A stretch of 33,821 nucleotides of DNA from positions 103,398 through 137,218 of IMG/VR virus record IMGVR_UViG_3300044638_005715; one strand, 5' to 3'. This DNA is from a virus. Lineage: Duplodnaviria; Heunggongvirae; Uroviricota; Caudoviricetes. The translations under genes and the position numbers were made by a program. The notes below the pieces were generated by a model that saw only the letters and a program-made list of their open reading frames with translations, did not search any database and had not been told where the DNA came from. Below are positions 26,285 through 33,821 of the stretch, piece by piece (position 1 is the stretch's first letter; the number at the start of each line of letters is the position of its first letter).

Positions 26285-26749
26285 TTATTGTGTGACAGGT
26301 AGATTAACTTCAACCTTGGCATAACCATCTTGATCTCTGGATGATAAGAATGTGCCAATAACTAGTGCGTTGTTAGCGATATTACTGGTTGCAAGATTTC
26401 CACTTTGGCCAATAAATACGTTCCCACCCGCAACTGGAGTGCCCTGAATTAGGTTGGTAACAACATAACCCTTTCGTAATAGAGTTACCTTCCCATTAAC
26501 CTGAACTTCATTGCGATATGGATTAACACGAACACGGGTTAAATCATAATTCTTAACATCATTTAGTAATATACCAATAGGTCTTACACCAGATGGATTA
26601 GCTGCATAACTTACTATTGCAACACCTTGATCCATAGCTGCTCCTGACCCGCCCGTAACGAGTGATGCGACACCACCACGTTCTGCAACGCTAGTCATGA
26701 AGAAGCTAATATCGGTTTGCATTTCATAACGATCTGTCTTTAAAGCCAT
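26285..26749 (-). CDS. Capsid decoration/cement protein, 154 aa
   Basis: Small Gly-rich beta protein directly before the MCP (PIGILLNDV; VTLLRKGYVVT; IGTFLSSRDQDGYAKVEVNL); strong GGAG RBS. Confidence 0.65.
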   Translation of the reverse strand: MALKTDRYEMQTDISFFMTSVAERGGVASLVTGGSGAAMDQGVAIVSYAANPSGVRPIGILLNDVKNYDLTRVRVNPYRNEVQVNGKVTLLRKGYVVTNLIQGTPVAGGNVFIGQSGNLATSNIANNALVIGTFLSSRDQDGYAKVEVNLPVTQ

Positions 26750-26765
26750 TATTAATTCTCCTATA

Positions 26766-27437
26766 TTATTTCTTGTTAGCTTTTTGAGTTGTTTTTAATA
26801 TACTTGCGAAATACTGCTCGGCAGCGGTTGCTACGCCTGAATTATCTGTATTGATGTCACTAACACTAGCTGAACTGGTTTTATCAACATCGTCTAGAAT
26901 ATCTTCTGATGCTTTTTCTTTCATCATTTCTTTCTTTTTCTTTTCTTCTTCTTCCATCTTAGTCTTATCTTCATACATCTTGCCCTTAGATTTCTTAATC
27001 GTCGCTATAACCTTCTCGAATGATTCATCATCTAGGCCAGATAATTCAGCAACTGTATTTTCAACATCATCTACGCCAACATCTGATAACATAGAAGAAC
27101 GTCGAGCCACTGTTCTCTCAAGTTCAAAAGCCTTAACTTTTTCTGAAAGTTGTAGGTTTTGTGACTCTGCATCTTTTAATTGGGTATTTGCTGCTTCATA
27201 TAAAGCAACAATTTCATTTAATTTAGCTGAAACTGAACCAATGTCTTCCTTGGCACTAGCTAAAGATGCTTCCAAATTTTTGATAGTAGTAGTTTTTTCA
27301 TTTAGTTGGCCTTCATAAGCATCAAATTTAGCCTTTGAAGTTTCTTCACTAAGTTTAGTTTGTAATTCTTCGGCTTTCGCCTTATATGCAGCTAATTCTT
27401 TTTGAATAGCTTCAAATTGCTCTTGAGTAACAGGCAT
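26766..27437 (-). CDS. Putative nested in-frame scaffold protein, 223 aa (MPVTQEQF...)
   Basis: GGAG at 27447-27450 followed by AATAATGAA-ATG, resembling the RBS context of the MCP, decoration and tail tube genes. It sits at the protease/coiled-coil boundary. Confidence 0.5.
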   Translation of the reverse strand: MPVTQEQFEAIQKELAAYKAKAEELQTKLSEETSKAKFDAYEGQLNEKTTTIKNLEASLASAKEDIGSVSAKLNEIVALYEAANTQLKDAESQNLQLSEKVKAFELERTVARRSSMLSDVGVDDVENTVAELSGLDDESFEKVIATIKKSKGKMYEDKTKMEEEEKKKKEMMKEKASEDILDDVDKTSSASVSDINTDNSGVATAAEQYFASILKTTQKANKK

Positions 27438-28208
27438 TTCATTATTCTCCATATCTGCTTTTGAAGTGTCACTAGTTTTAAGTATTATGCTACTAGGATT
27501 AGCAGGCTTATCTACTAAGCCCTTACCTATAAAATTTATATTTTTAAAAACTCGACCTATCTGATAATCTTCATATACACCATTTCCACCATATTTTTTC
27601 AAATATTTGGTTAAATATGCTGTAGCTTCATTACGTTCTACAATTTGTAATTGATCATCAGAGCCATATAATCCATAATCAAATGATTCAAAAGAACATT
27701 CCATGGATACAAACCATTTATCAGAATTTTGTATCTCACTTATAATATTATTAATTCTTTTGCGTTTATCTTCCTCTATCCACTCTTTATAAATCAAAGC
27801 AGAAGATACTATATGATATGGATCATTTGGTGATTCATCGCCATTATAAACATTACCGGAACCATCTAATACATAAGTACCAGTAATATGGCCGATTATA
27901 TCATTTTGATTATGCATGAAATTAAATGGCTTATTCACTGGCGAATTTTTAGCAAGCCATAATTGTTCTTTAGTAAAGATATCATCATTCTTATTTTTTC
28001 CGACACTAGCTAGAATTGCTTTGAGTGGAAATAAGCCAGTTAAATTAGAAATTTCACTAGCAATAGAAAGCTGATCTAAAGAAAGGTCAATGTTAGGAAT
28101 GTATTCTGTATCATCTAATTGATATGCTTTAGAAGTTAATACAAATGAATTATCATTTGCAATATCAGCTAAACCATCTCTAATTTCTTGTTTGAATACT
28201 TTAATCAA
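26766..28208 (-). CDS. Prohead protease-scaffold fusion, 480 aa, TTG start
   Basis: N-half KPFNFMH..IIGH, WFVSMEC and GKGLVDKPANP (assemblin/HK97-type His-Ser protease pattern). C-half is a long Glu/Lys/Ala coiled coil. AGGA RBS 8 nt before TTG. Confidence 0.8.
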   Translation of the reverse strand: MIKVFKQEIRDGLADIANDNSFVLTSKAYQLDDTEYIPNIDLSLDQLSIASEISNLTGLFPLKAILASVGKNKNDDIFTKEQLWLAKNSPVNKPFNFMHNQNDIIGHITGTYVLDGSGNVYNGDESPNDPYHIVSSALIYKEWIEEDKRKRINNIISEIQNSDKWFVSMECSFESFDYGLYGSDDQLQIVERNEATAYLTKYLKKYGGNGVYEDYQIGRVFKNINFIGKGLVDKPANPSSIILKTSDTSKADMENNEMPVTQEQFEAIQKELAAYKAKAEELQTKLSEETSKAKFDAYEGQLNEKTTTIKNLEASLASAKEDIGSVSAKLNEIVALYEAANTQLKDAESQNLQLSEKVKAFELERTVARRSSMLSDVGVDDVENTVAELSGLDDESFEKVIATIKKSKGKMYEDKTKMEEEEKKKKEMMKEKASEDILDDVDKTSSASVSDINTDNSGVATAAEQYFASILKTTQKANKK

Positions 28209-28229
28209 TTTTAATTTCCTAATATTGTA

Positions 28230-28253
28230 TGTGCGATAATATTAGTTACACAA
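28230..28253 (-). promoter_or_regulatory. Bipartite motif TTGTGTA-N8-TATCGCACA upstream of the protease/capsid operon
   Basis: Matches 16279-16303; overlaps the portal stop codon. Confidence 0.55.
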
Positions 28254-30293
28254 TTCAGAATATGCTAATGCATAAATATTACGCATATCATCAAGTGTTG
28301 GCATTGTTTTATATTGTTTTATGAACTCTTCTTTTAATTCATATGATAAGGATAAAAAATCATCTGAGGGCTTTTTATTATCTTGTAATGCGGCCAAAAT
28401 AGATTCGTGTGTAATTTCTGATAATACTGGTAGTGCTACCAAAACATTTAGCTTGAGTTTTTCTGCCGTTTCAAATTCCTCCTTGGTGAAACTTCTCACA
28501 TCCTTCTTATTGAAATGGGCCAAACAAAATGTATTAATATGTTTAGAAATTTCATCTTGGGCATTAATAGCCCATAAAGTGGCGGCGGCCATTTTTGAAC
28601 GTGGTAGCACACGTTTTTGCTTTCTAGCAGTTGTGTCTTTAACACTTTGGGGCCTGCCACCAGAAGGGCCCGACTTTAATGGCTTCTTTGCATTGCCACT
28701 ACCAGAAACATTACGAGAAGGAGAAATAATAGGGGGCTTTTGATATGGTATACCAATTTCCTCATAATATTCTTTAGCATTAATATTGTCTTTTTGAATA
28801 CCAAGTTTAATAACATCATTTTTATGATTGGGCGAGTGATAGGGGCTGGCTTTAGGAGGGGCCTGATATTTATCCCTTTGTTTACTTTCCCTTCTAACCC
28901 TAGTTTTTTCAACACTCGGAATCTCTTTAAATCTTTCCAATAATGTTTCCTCACTTATAATGTCACGATCTACTAATTGTATCATAAGACTCTTAATTGC
29001 GGCCTCATCTGACAATATAATGTTGTCAAAGTGGATTTCAGGGGCCACAGTGAACCCCATAGCTTTCTGAACTATTGCTATTTCATGTGTCCAAAACTTT
29101 AATAAAACATCTCTACCGTATTCTAATCTTTCTATAAGGGTTTTTAGAGAAACATAATTATTAGTATAACCGCCACCAGTTTGGCCACCGGTTAATGTTT
29201 GTGGAATACCAAGGCCCGCATAAATACTACTTAAAACTGGTTGATATTTTTCAGATCCTAAAAACTTATAAACCTGACTATTGCTTTCTTTAAATGTTAG
29301 GTCGGGCCCCCATACTAAATCTATTGTGCCACCAGTTGTATGAGAGGCTAATATAGAACGCAACTTATCAAGAATGGGCTTTTGTGGAACTATTTTGTGT
29401 TCCAAGCTCCCAAGCGTCCATAATCTAACATTAGAAATAGCACCATCTAAGGCCGCTAAATCCGCCATCTTCATTTTTTCTAACATAACAACATCATCAA
29501 GAATGGCATAAATCATAGGATTAGCCCATGGTAGCCAATCATCTTTTTTATAATAAAAGACAGATATGTTATTTTTATTTATATATACTTTATCTCTTTC
29601 TACACTTTCTATAATGGATGAATATGTGGGCATATTACTATTAATAGCCTCCATCATATCCTTAGTTATTCTTTTATATAACCTATATTCATTACCGGAT
29701 AATTTTTCGGCCTCAAGAGTTATTGGATTAACGAATTCATAATTCCATGGAATTTCACGCTTATTAGCCTCAACATCATCAAAGCTTTGGGCCGCAATAG
29801 ATGTTTGGAGTGTTTTTTGTTGCTTCTTAGTAATTTTAGCCATTTTTCTTTCAATGACTACATTACCAATTCTATATAGATAATTTAAAAAACGCTCAGA
29901 TCGTTCTTTACCATTTATTTTTCTAAACCAATTTCTATAAAATTTCTCAACCGTTTTATTAGTATGAACTATTGTCATTCCTTGACATGCAAAGTCTCCC
30001 ATTAAATCAATAACATTACGAATTAAACCAACTTTATCATATGCATCCATGCATAATTTCATAATTTGTTTTTGTCTTAAATTGACTGTTTGGCGGCCAT
30101 TATAAGACTGTGCATCTATATGATTTTGAGTGTCTCTAACACTTGGTGAATTATATAAGGAACCAGATGCAAAATTTATATTTGAAGAATCACCCTTATA
30201 TACAGCATCATACATGCTGGGATTAGAATTGGCATATAATGAAGCTAGTTGTTGCTTATCATTACAACCTAAATAAAGAGGATTTTGCGACAT
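28242..30293 (-). CDS. Portal protein, 683 aa
   Basis: Between terminase and protease; AYDKVGLIRNVIDLM..F, YLYRIGNV, W..PMIYAILDD, ILSSIYAGLGIP pattern; low-complexity GGRP tail plus a C-terminal extension. Confidence 0.85.
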   Translation of the reverse strand: MSQNPLYLGCNDKQQLASLYANSNPSMYDAVYKGDSSNINFASGSLYNSPSVRDTQNHIDAQSYNGRQTVNLRQKQIMKLCMDAYDKVGLIRNVIDLMGDFACQGMTIVHTNKTVEKFYRNWFRKINGKERSERFLNYLYRIGNVVIERKMAKITKKQQKTLQTSIAAQSFDDVEANKREIPWNYEFVNPITLEAEKLSGNEYRLYKRITKDMMEAINSNMPTYSSIIESVERDKVYINKNNISVFYYKKDDWLPWANPMIYAILDDVVMLEKMKMADLAALDGAISNVRLWTLGSLEHKIVPQKPILDKLRSILASHTTGGTIDLVWGPDLTFKESNSQVYKFLGSEKYQPVLSSIYAGLGIPQTLTGGQTGGGYTNNYVSLKTLIERLEYGRDVLLKFWTHEIAIVQKAMGFTVAPEIHFDNIILSDEAAIKSLMIQLVDRDIISEETLLERFKEIPSVEKTRVRRESKQRDKYQAPPKASPYHSPNHKNDVIKLGIQKDNINAKEYYEEIGIPYQKPPIISPSRNVSGSGNAKKPLKSGPSGGRPQSVKDTTARKQKRVLPRSKMAAATLWAINAQDEISKHINTFCLAHFNKKDVRSFTKEEFETAEKLKLNVLVALPVLSEITHESILAALQDNKKPSDDFLSLSYELKEEFIKQYKTMPTLDDMRNIYALAYSELCN

Positions 30294-30299
30294 TTATTA

Positions 30300-30339
30300 A
30301 TCCTATTGATAATTATATTGGCAATTACATCAATAGGAT
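30300..30339 (-). promoter_or_regulatory. Hairpin sequestering the portal RBS
   Basis: Perfect 11-bp inverted repeat ATCCTATTGAT / ATCAATAGGAT. The 3' arm on the mRNA contains the AGGA 7 nt before the portal ATG. Confidence 0.55.
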
Positions 30340-30353
30340 ATACTCAATTCATA

Positions 30354-32318
30354 TTAAATTGGACTTACAAACCAAGATGGTGCAATATATGAACTTTGCT
30401 GTCCTGTGTAGTAGAAAGAATCGGTAGCAAAACCCCCAACAGAACATGATGAACTATCAATAGTAAATTGTTTCTCTTGTCTAGCAGACATATTGGCCAT
30501 AAGTAGAGCGGAATATCTATCTTTGCGAAGTTTTTCCTTTTTACCAGTTCCAATCTTACTAGACGGTGTATCCCACTGCTCACGGCCCCCAGGTGTCTCT
30601 TTAATTTCAATCATTGATAATTCGTCTTTTAAGTTCTCTATTTCCATGACGCAATCTTCTAGTGTGTCATATACCCTATTTTTTCTGGAATCCTCTTCTG
30701 ATGCTATGGCGAGTGATATTGGATCAAAATATGGAAATAGGATAATTTTATCTTCCAGATCTTTTCTCAGACCATGATTAGCTTCTCTTACCCAGTCGGC
30801 ACGCGAAAATTGACACATTCTCACAATATGTAGGCCGGGATAATAATCTGAGTCTTTGGGCTTATCAGGGTCTATTACTTCCCATATAGGTAATTCACCA
30901 TCTTTTATTTTATCCTTATCGTGTAAAGCTTCAATAATTGGAATACCGCCACCACCAGCATCAAGTGCTATTTCGGTGCAAGGAAATACCTTCATCAAAT
31001 CTCTAATTTTCCGCGTACAATAAGCATAAAAATCATTCTCTTCAATTAGACCAGTTTTTAATTGTTCCTTATGTTTGCTTCTAGTTGATGTCCAACAATA
31101 AACAATGCGTCTATGATCACCATGTATTTCTAAAACTACAATAGAAAAATTATCCACTTCAGATGCAGGGTCTACACCATATATATATGTTTTATCTTTA
31201 CTTCCATGTAAACACGCCTCAAATAATGCTTGGCCCCCCTGAAAATTAATTACATTTTGTGGAGATACTGTACAAGCCTCAATTAGACTACGCTTATAGA
31301 AACCCATACTATCAGATGTGAATATACTTCCATATTCCATTTGAAATATACCAGAGTGGACTGTGGCCCGAGCCCGAGCAATTTGAGACTCATCCATGAA
31401 GCCTTCCGGCAGCGACATGACTGGAATACGCAAGACAGAGTAATCACGCCAGTCAAATGATGGATCTACGGGCCCTCTTAATAATTCTTCTAATTCTTTT
31501 TTATTGCCAGCAGTATCGATGAAGCTTTTATATTTTTTATATTCCTGGGCGAAATGGTTGAATTCATAATAGGCTGTACCACTCAATATAATCTGATTAG
31601 AGATATGATCAGCCCCTTGTGATTCATCAACGGCAATTCCCTTTTTTTGTAAATATTTTTTTTTGGCTATTTTTCTAAGCTTTTCTATTGGTGATTGTGA
31701 GACAACACCGAACCCCGCCACAGTATTTTCAAAAATTTCTCTTGGGATTGAAGCGAACTCATCGGCTATAATGTCATTTGCCCTTTGACCTCTAATCTTC
31801 TGTCCGTCTCCCAAAGGTAAACATGTAATAGTTCCACCGTTGATACGCATCACACACCTATCAACGTCTCTAACAGGGCCCGAGTTAGAATCACACAGAT
31901 CACGTAATACTGGTGCATTCCTCCAAATCGTTTCCGCATATTCGAAGACAACCTTAGACTGCCTAAATGCCGCCCCTACCACTATTACCTTCCGCTTTGG
32001 CATAAGTAAACACCTCAACAGACAATAGATAGCAAGCGTATAAGATTTAGACATACCTCGACTTCCTATTAGCATAGGAAATTTCTTAGTCCAAAGTTCT
32101 TTAAGGATTACGTTTTGAAAAGGGTGAATATCAACATTCAATATATATTTACAAGTAAAAGCAAAATAATCAGGATTCATCATGACCGTAGTTAATCTTT
32201 CAATTATTAGGTCATTATCATTATGTTCAAATATAAAATCCATGGGGTTAAATATGGCATTTTCATCAACATCAATATTTAACCATGCGTCATCAGCTTT
32301 TACATCATAGCTTTTCAT
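30354..32318 (-). CDS. terL: Terminase large subunit, 654 aa
   Basis: LHPFQ-like Q motif (IHPFQ), Walker A variant GSRGMSKS, IRGQRA, Walker B IIADEF, coupling motif LSGTA, RNase H nuclease YGVDPA...DN, LDAGGGG, and C-terminal KDRYSAL. No intein seen. Confidence 0.93.
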   Translation of the reverse strand: MKSYDVKADDAWLNIDVDENAIFNPMDFIFEHNDNDLIIERLTTVMMNPDYFAFTCKYILNVDIHPFQNVILKELWTKKFPMLIGSRGMSKSYTLAIYCLLRCLLMPKRKVIVVGAAFRQSKVVFEYAETIWRNAPVLRDLCDSNSGPVRDVDRCVMRINGGTITCLPLGDGQKIRGQRANDIIADEFASIPREIFENTVAGFGVVSQSPIEKLRKIAKKKYLQKKGIAVDESQGADHISNQIILSGTAYYEFNHFAQEYKKYKSFIDTAGNKKELEELLRGPVDPSFDWRDYSVLRIPVMSLPEGFMDESQIARARATVHSGIFQMEYGSIFTSDSMGFYKRSLIEACTVSPQNVINFQGGQALFEACLHGSKDKTYIYGVDPASEVDNFSIVVLEIHGDHRRIVYCWTSTRSKHKEQLKTGLIEENDFYAYCTRKIRDLMKVFPCTEIALDAGGGGIPIIEALHDKDKIKDGELPIWEVIDPDKPKDSDYYPGLHIVRMCQFSRADWVREANHGLRKDLEDKIILFPYFDPISLAIASEEDSRKNRVYDTLEDCVMEIENLKDELSMIEIKETPGGREQWDTPSSKIGTGKKEKLRKDRYSALLMANMSARQEKQFTIDSSSCSVGGFATDSFYYTGQQSSYIAPSWFVSPI

Positions 32319-32778
32319 TTTCTACAATTCTTTTAAACAAAGATAGGGCTACAGTCTTGGCATTCTCTGGATTACCACAAAATAATAATTGAACATTATT
32401 ACATATAGCATACTCCAAAAGACACTTTAATATGTAGTCCCCCTTCATTCTAACTTTATTTTTAAGAAATTTAGGTATTTTAGCATTTTGAGGATAACTC
32501 AATAAATCAAAAACACTAAACTCACATATAATGTATCTATGCTTTATATCCATCATACGGGCCAATTCGTTATCGAACTGTTTTTTCTTCTTTCCTACAT
32601 TAATGGATACTTCCTCTGGGCTCCTTTTGCGTTCCACACATATAATGTGCTCATAACCCTCCAATGTATAATCACCTGTTTTTAGGCCCTTGCACACAGT
32701 ACCATTGCAATATACACTCTTATTAAATTGCCACCCTTCTTTTTCCCTTGTGTCTTTAATGACCGTGAATTTTCCCAT
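32305..32778 (-). CDS. ERCC4/XPF-family structure-specific endonuclease, 157 aa
   Basis: VIKDTRE, LKTGDY, CVERK and RYIICE match the ERCC4 nuclease signature; overlaps the terL start by 14 nt. Confidence 0.88.
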   Translation of the reverse strand: MGKFTVIKDTREKEGWQFNKSVYCNGTVCKGLKTGDYTLEGYEHIICVERKRSPEEVSINVGKKKKQFDNELARMMDIKHRYIICEFSVFDLLSYPQNAKIPKFLKNKVRMKGDYILKCLLEYAICNNVQLLFCGNPENAKTVALSLFKRIVENEKL

Positions 32779-32783
32779 TTATT

Positions 32784-33821
32784 TCACCATATTATGGGCC
32801 CAAATATATCACTATCTACCATTCCAGTTGCCATTTGGCCGAATGTTATTTTTGGTTCCCATCCTAATTTAGTTTTAAGTTTAGTATTGTCGCCATTGGA
32901 ATATGTTATGTCTAATGGCCTGTAAAGAGATTCATCAATAATAATGTAGTCCATATAGTTATCAATTCCTATATGTTTAAATGCTATTGAGATGAATTCC
33001 TCTAATGTATGATTTTCACCGGTGCATATTACATAATCGTCAAGTTTTTCTGACTGCATTATTAAGATCATTGCATTAGCATAATCTTGTGCATGGCCCC
33101 AATCCCTACTCACTTTTATATTACCCAATCTAAGCTTCGGAAATAATGATGTTTTAAGACGAAGGTGATCGTGATGAGTGATAATATAATTATAAGGAGA
33201 AAAAATATGGTGTGAATTTGCCCAGTGAAATAGTTCGGCCACATATTTGGTTATTTTTCTCGTTACAAAGTTTTCTGGCCTAAAGGGGCTCTCATGATTA
33301 AAACAAATAGCTGATGAGCAATTAATTCCATATAATTTCCTATATATATCTATGAGGTAGTGGGCCGCCAACTTAGATACCCCATATGGGCTTTTAGGGT
33401 GAAAGGGCGTTTCCTCATCTTGATATGAGTTGTGTATTTCAAACCATGGGTCAAAATCCCCACTAGAATTATCTCCATACATTTCAGATGTACTAGCTTG
33501 TAAAAACTTACAGGTTAAACGTTCATGTCTAATCGCCTCAAGTATATTTAAGCACCCAATTGTATTTGTTGTGAAATAAGATGCCGCATTATCAAATGAT
33601 TGGCCCACACTTGATTTTGCCGCCATATTAAATATGTAGTCGGGCCTTTCCCCAGCCACAATATTATATGAAGTATCTGCATCACTAACATCCCCAATAA
33701 TCGCCCTCATTGGATATAATATGTCGGTAATAAGATCACTATTTTTTTCCCTTACAACCCCCACTACTTCATGCCCCATATTATTTAGGAGCCCCCTTAA
33801 ATAACGAGATGTTTGCCCATT
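32784..33821 (-). CDS. gmd: GDP-mannose 4,6-dehydratase (5'-truncated by window edge)
   Basis: The frame is open upstream of the tracked Met: NGQTSRYLRGLLNNMGHEVVGVVR (canonical GQDGSYL..LL..GYEVHG..R). Also NMAAKSSVGQSF, QASTSEMYG, PKSPYGVSK, FNHESP.R...FVTRKI and LGN....RDWGHA.DY. Confidence 0.9.
   Translation of the reverse strand, partial: NGQTSRYLRGLLNNMGHEVVGVVREKNSDLITDILYPMRAIIGDVSDADTSYNIVAGERPDYIFNMAAKSSVGQSFDNAASYFTTNTIGCLNILEAIRHERLTCKFLQASTSEMYGDNSSGDFDPWFEIHNSYQDEETPFHPKSPYGVSKLAAHYLIDIYRKLYGINCSSAICFNHESPFRPENFVTRKITKYVAELFHWANSHHIFSPYNYIITHHDHLRLKTSLFPKLRLGNIKVSRDWGHAQDYANAMILIMQSEKLDDYVICTGENHTLEEFISIAFKHIGIDNYMDYIIIDESLYRPLDITYSNGDNTKLKTKLGWEPKITFGQMATGMVDSDIFGPIIW

Noticed and set aside
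30354-32318. Intein/intron in terL, or inactivation by the GSRGMSKS Walker A variant
   Set aside because: The length is normal, with no splicing motifs or homing endonuclease. All other ATPase and nuclease motifs are intact, so the G-to-S change is most simply a tolerated variant.
368-32925. All plus-strand ORFs in the track (e.g. 12397-12786, 26851-27318, 28321-28743) and short alternative-frame minus ORFs
   Set aside because: They lie wholly antisense to, or inside, long well-supported genes. I recognised no motifs in them and their composition is that of antisense shadows.
1-33821. CRISPR array, tRNA/rRNA genes, IS elements, integrase/att sites
   Set aside because: I saw no regularly spaced nucleotide repeats, cloverleafs or transposase motifs. 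Intergenic gaps are nearly all under 100 nt.
1-33821. Host or taxonomic assignment
   Set aside because: It cannot be supported from this window without database comparison or CRISPR spacer matches.

Overview
The window is a contiguous, densely coding morphogenesis region of a large, AT-rich tailed dsDNA phage (roughly one-third GC by eye). All credible genes lie on the minus strand. In transcription order (right to left): GDP-mannose 4,6-dehydratase (5'-truncated), ERCC4-type nuclease, large terminase, portal, prohead protease-scaffold fusion, decoration protein, major capsid protein, small membrane ORF(s), a duplicated two-gene cassette (about 180-aa protein plus about 670-aa fibre/adhesin-like protein, twice), holin-like ORFs, neck genes, tail tube, two distantly paralogous tail-chaperone-like genes, a 2989-aa tape measure protein (TMP), and a >1324-aa repeat/propeller protein. 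The last gene runs off the window edge and is missing from the ORF track. No sheath gene is seen, so a long non-contractile tail is inferred. The most unusual feature is the TMP. It carries four copies of the GG..D.V.A.LTPGEF module that lambda gpH has once near its C-terminus, and these copies bracket globular cargo: a HExxH lethal-factor-like metallopeptidase and two PD-(D/E)xK-like segments. Other notable points: an ungapped paralogy between two tail chaperones with no usable frameshift, strong GGCC/GGSCC over-representation that drops out in the modular segments, and several regulatory motifs. Family assignments come from motif recognition and synteny only; no searches were run, and counts are manual.
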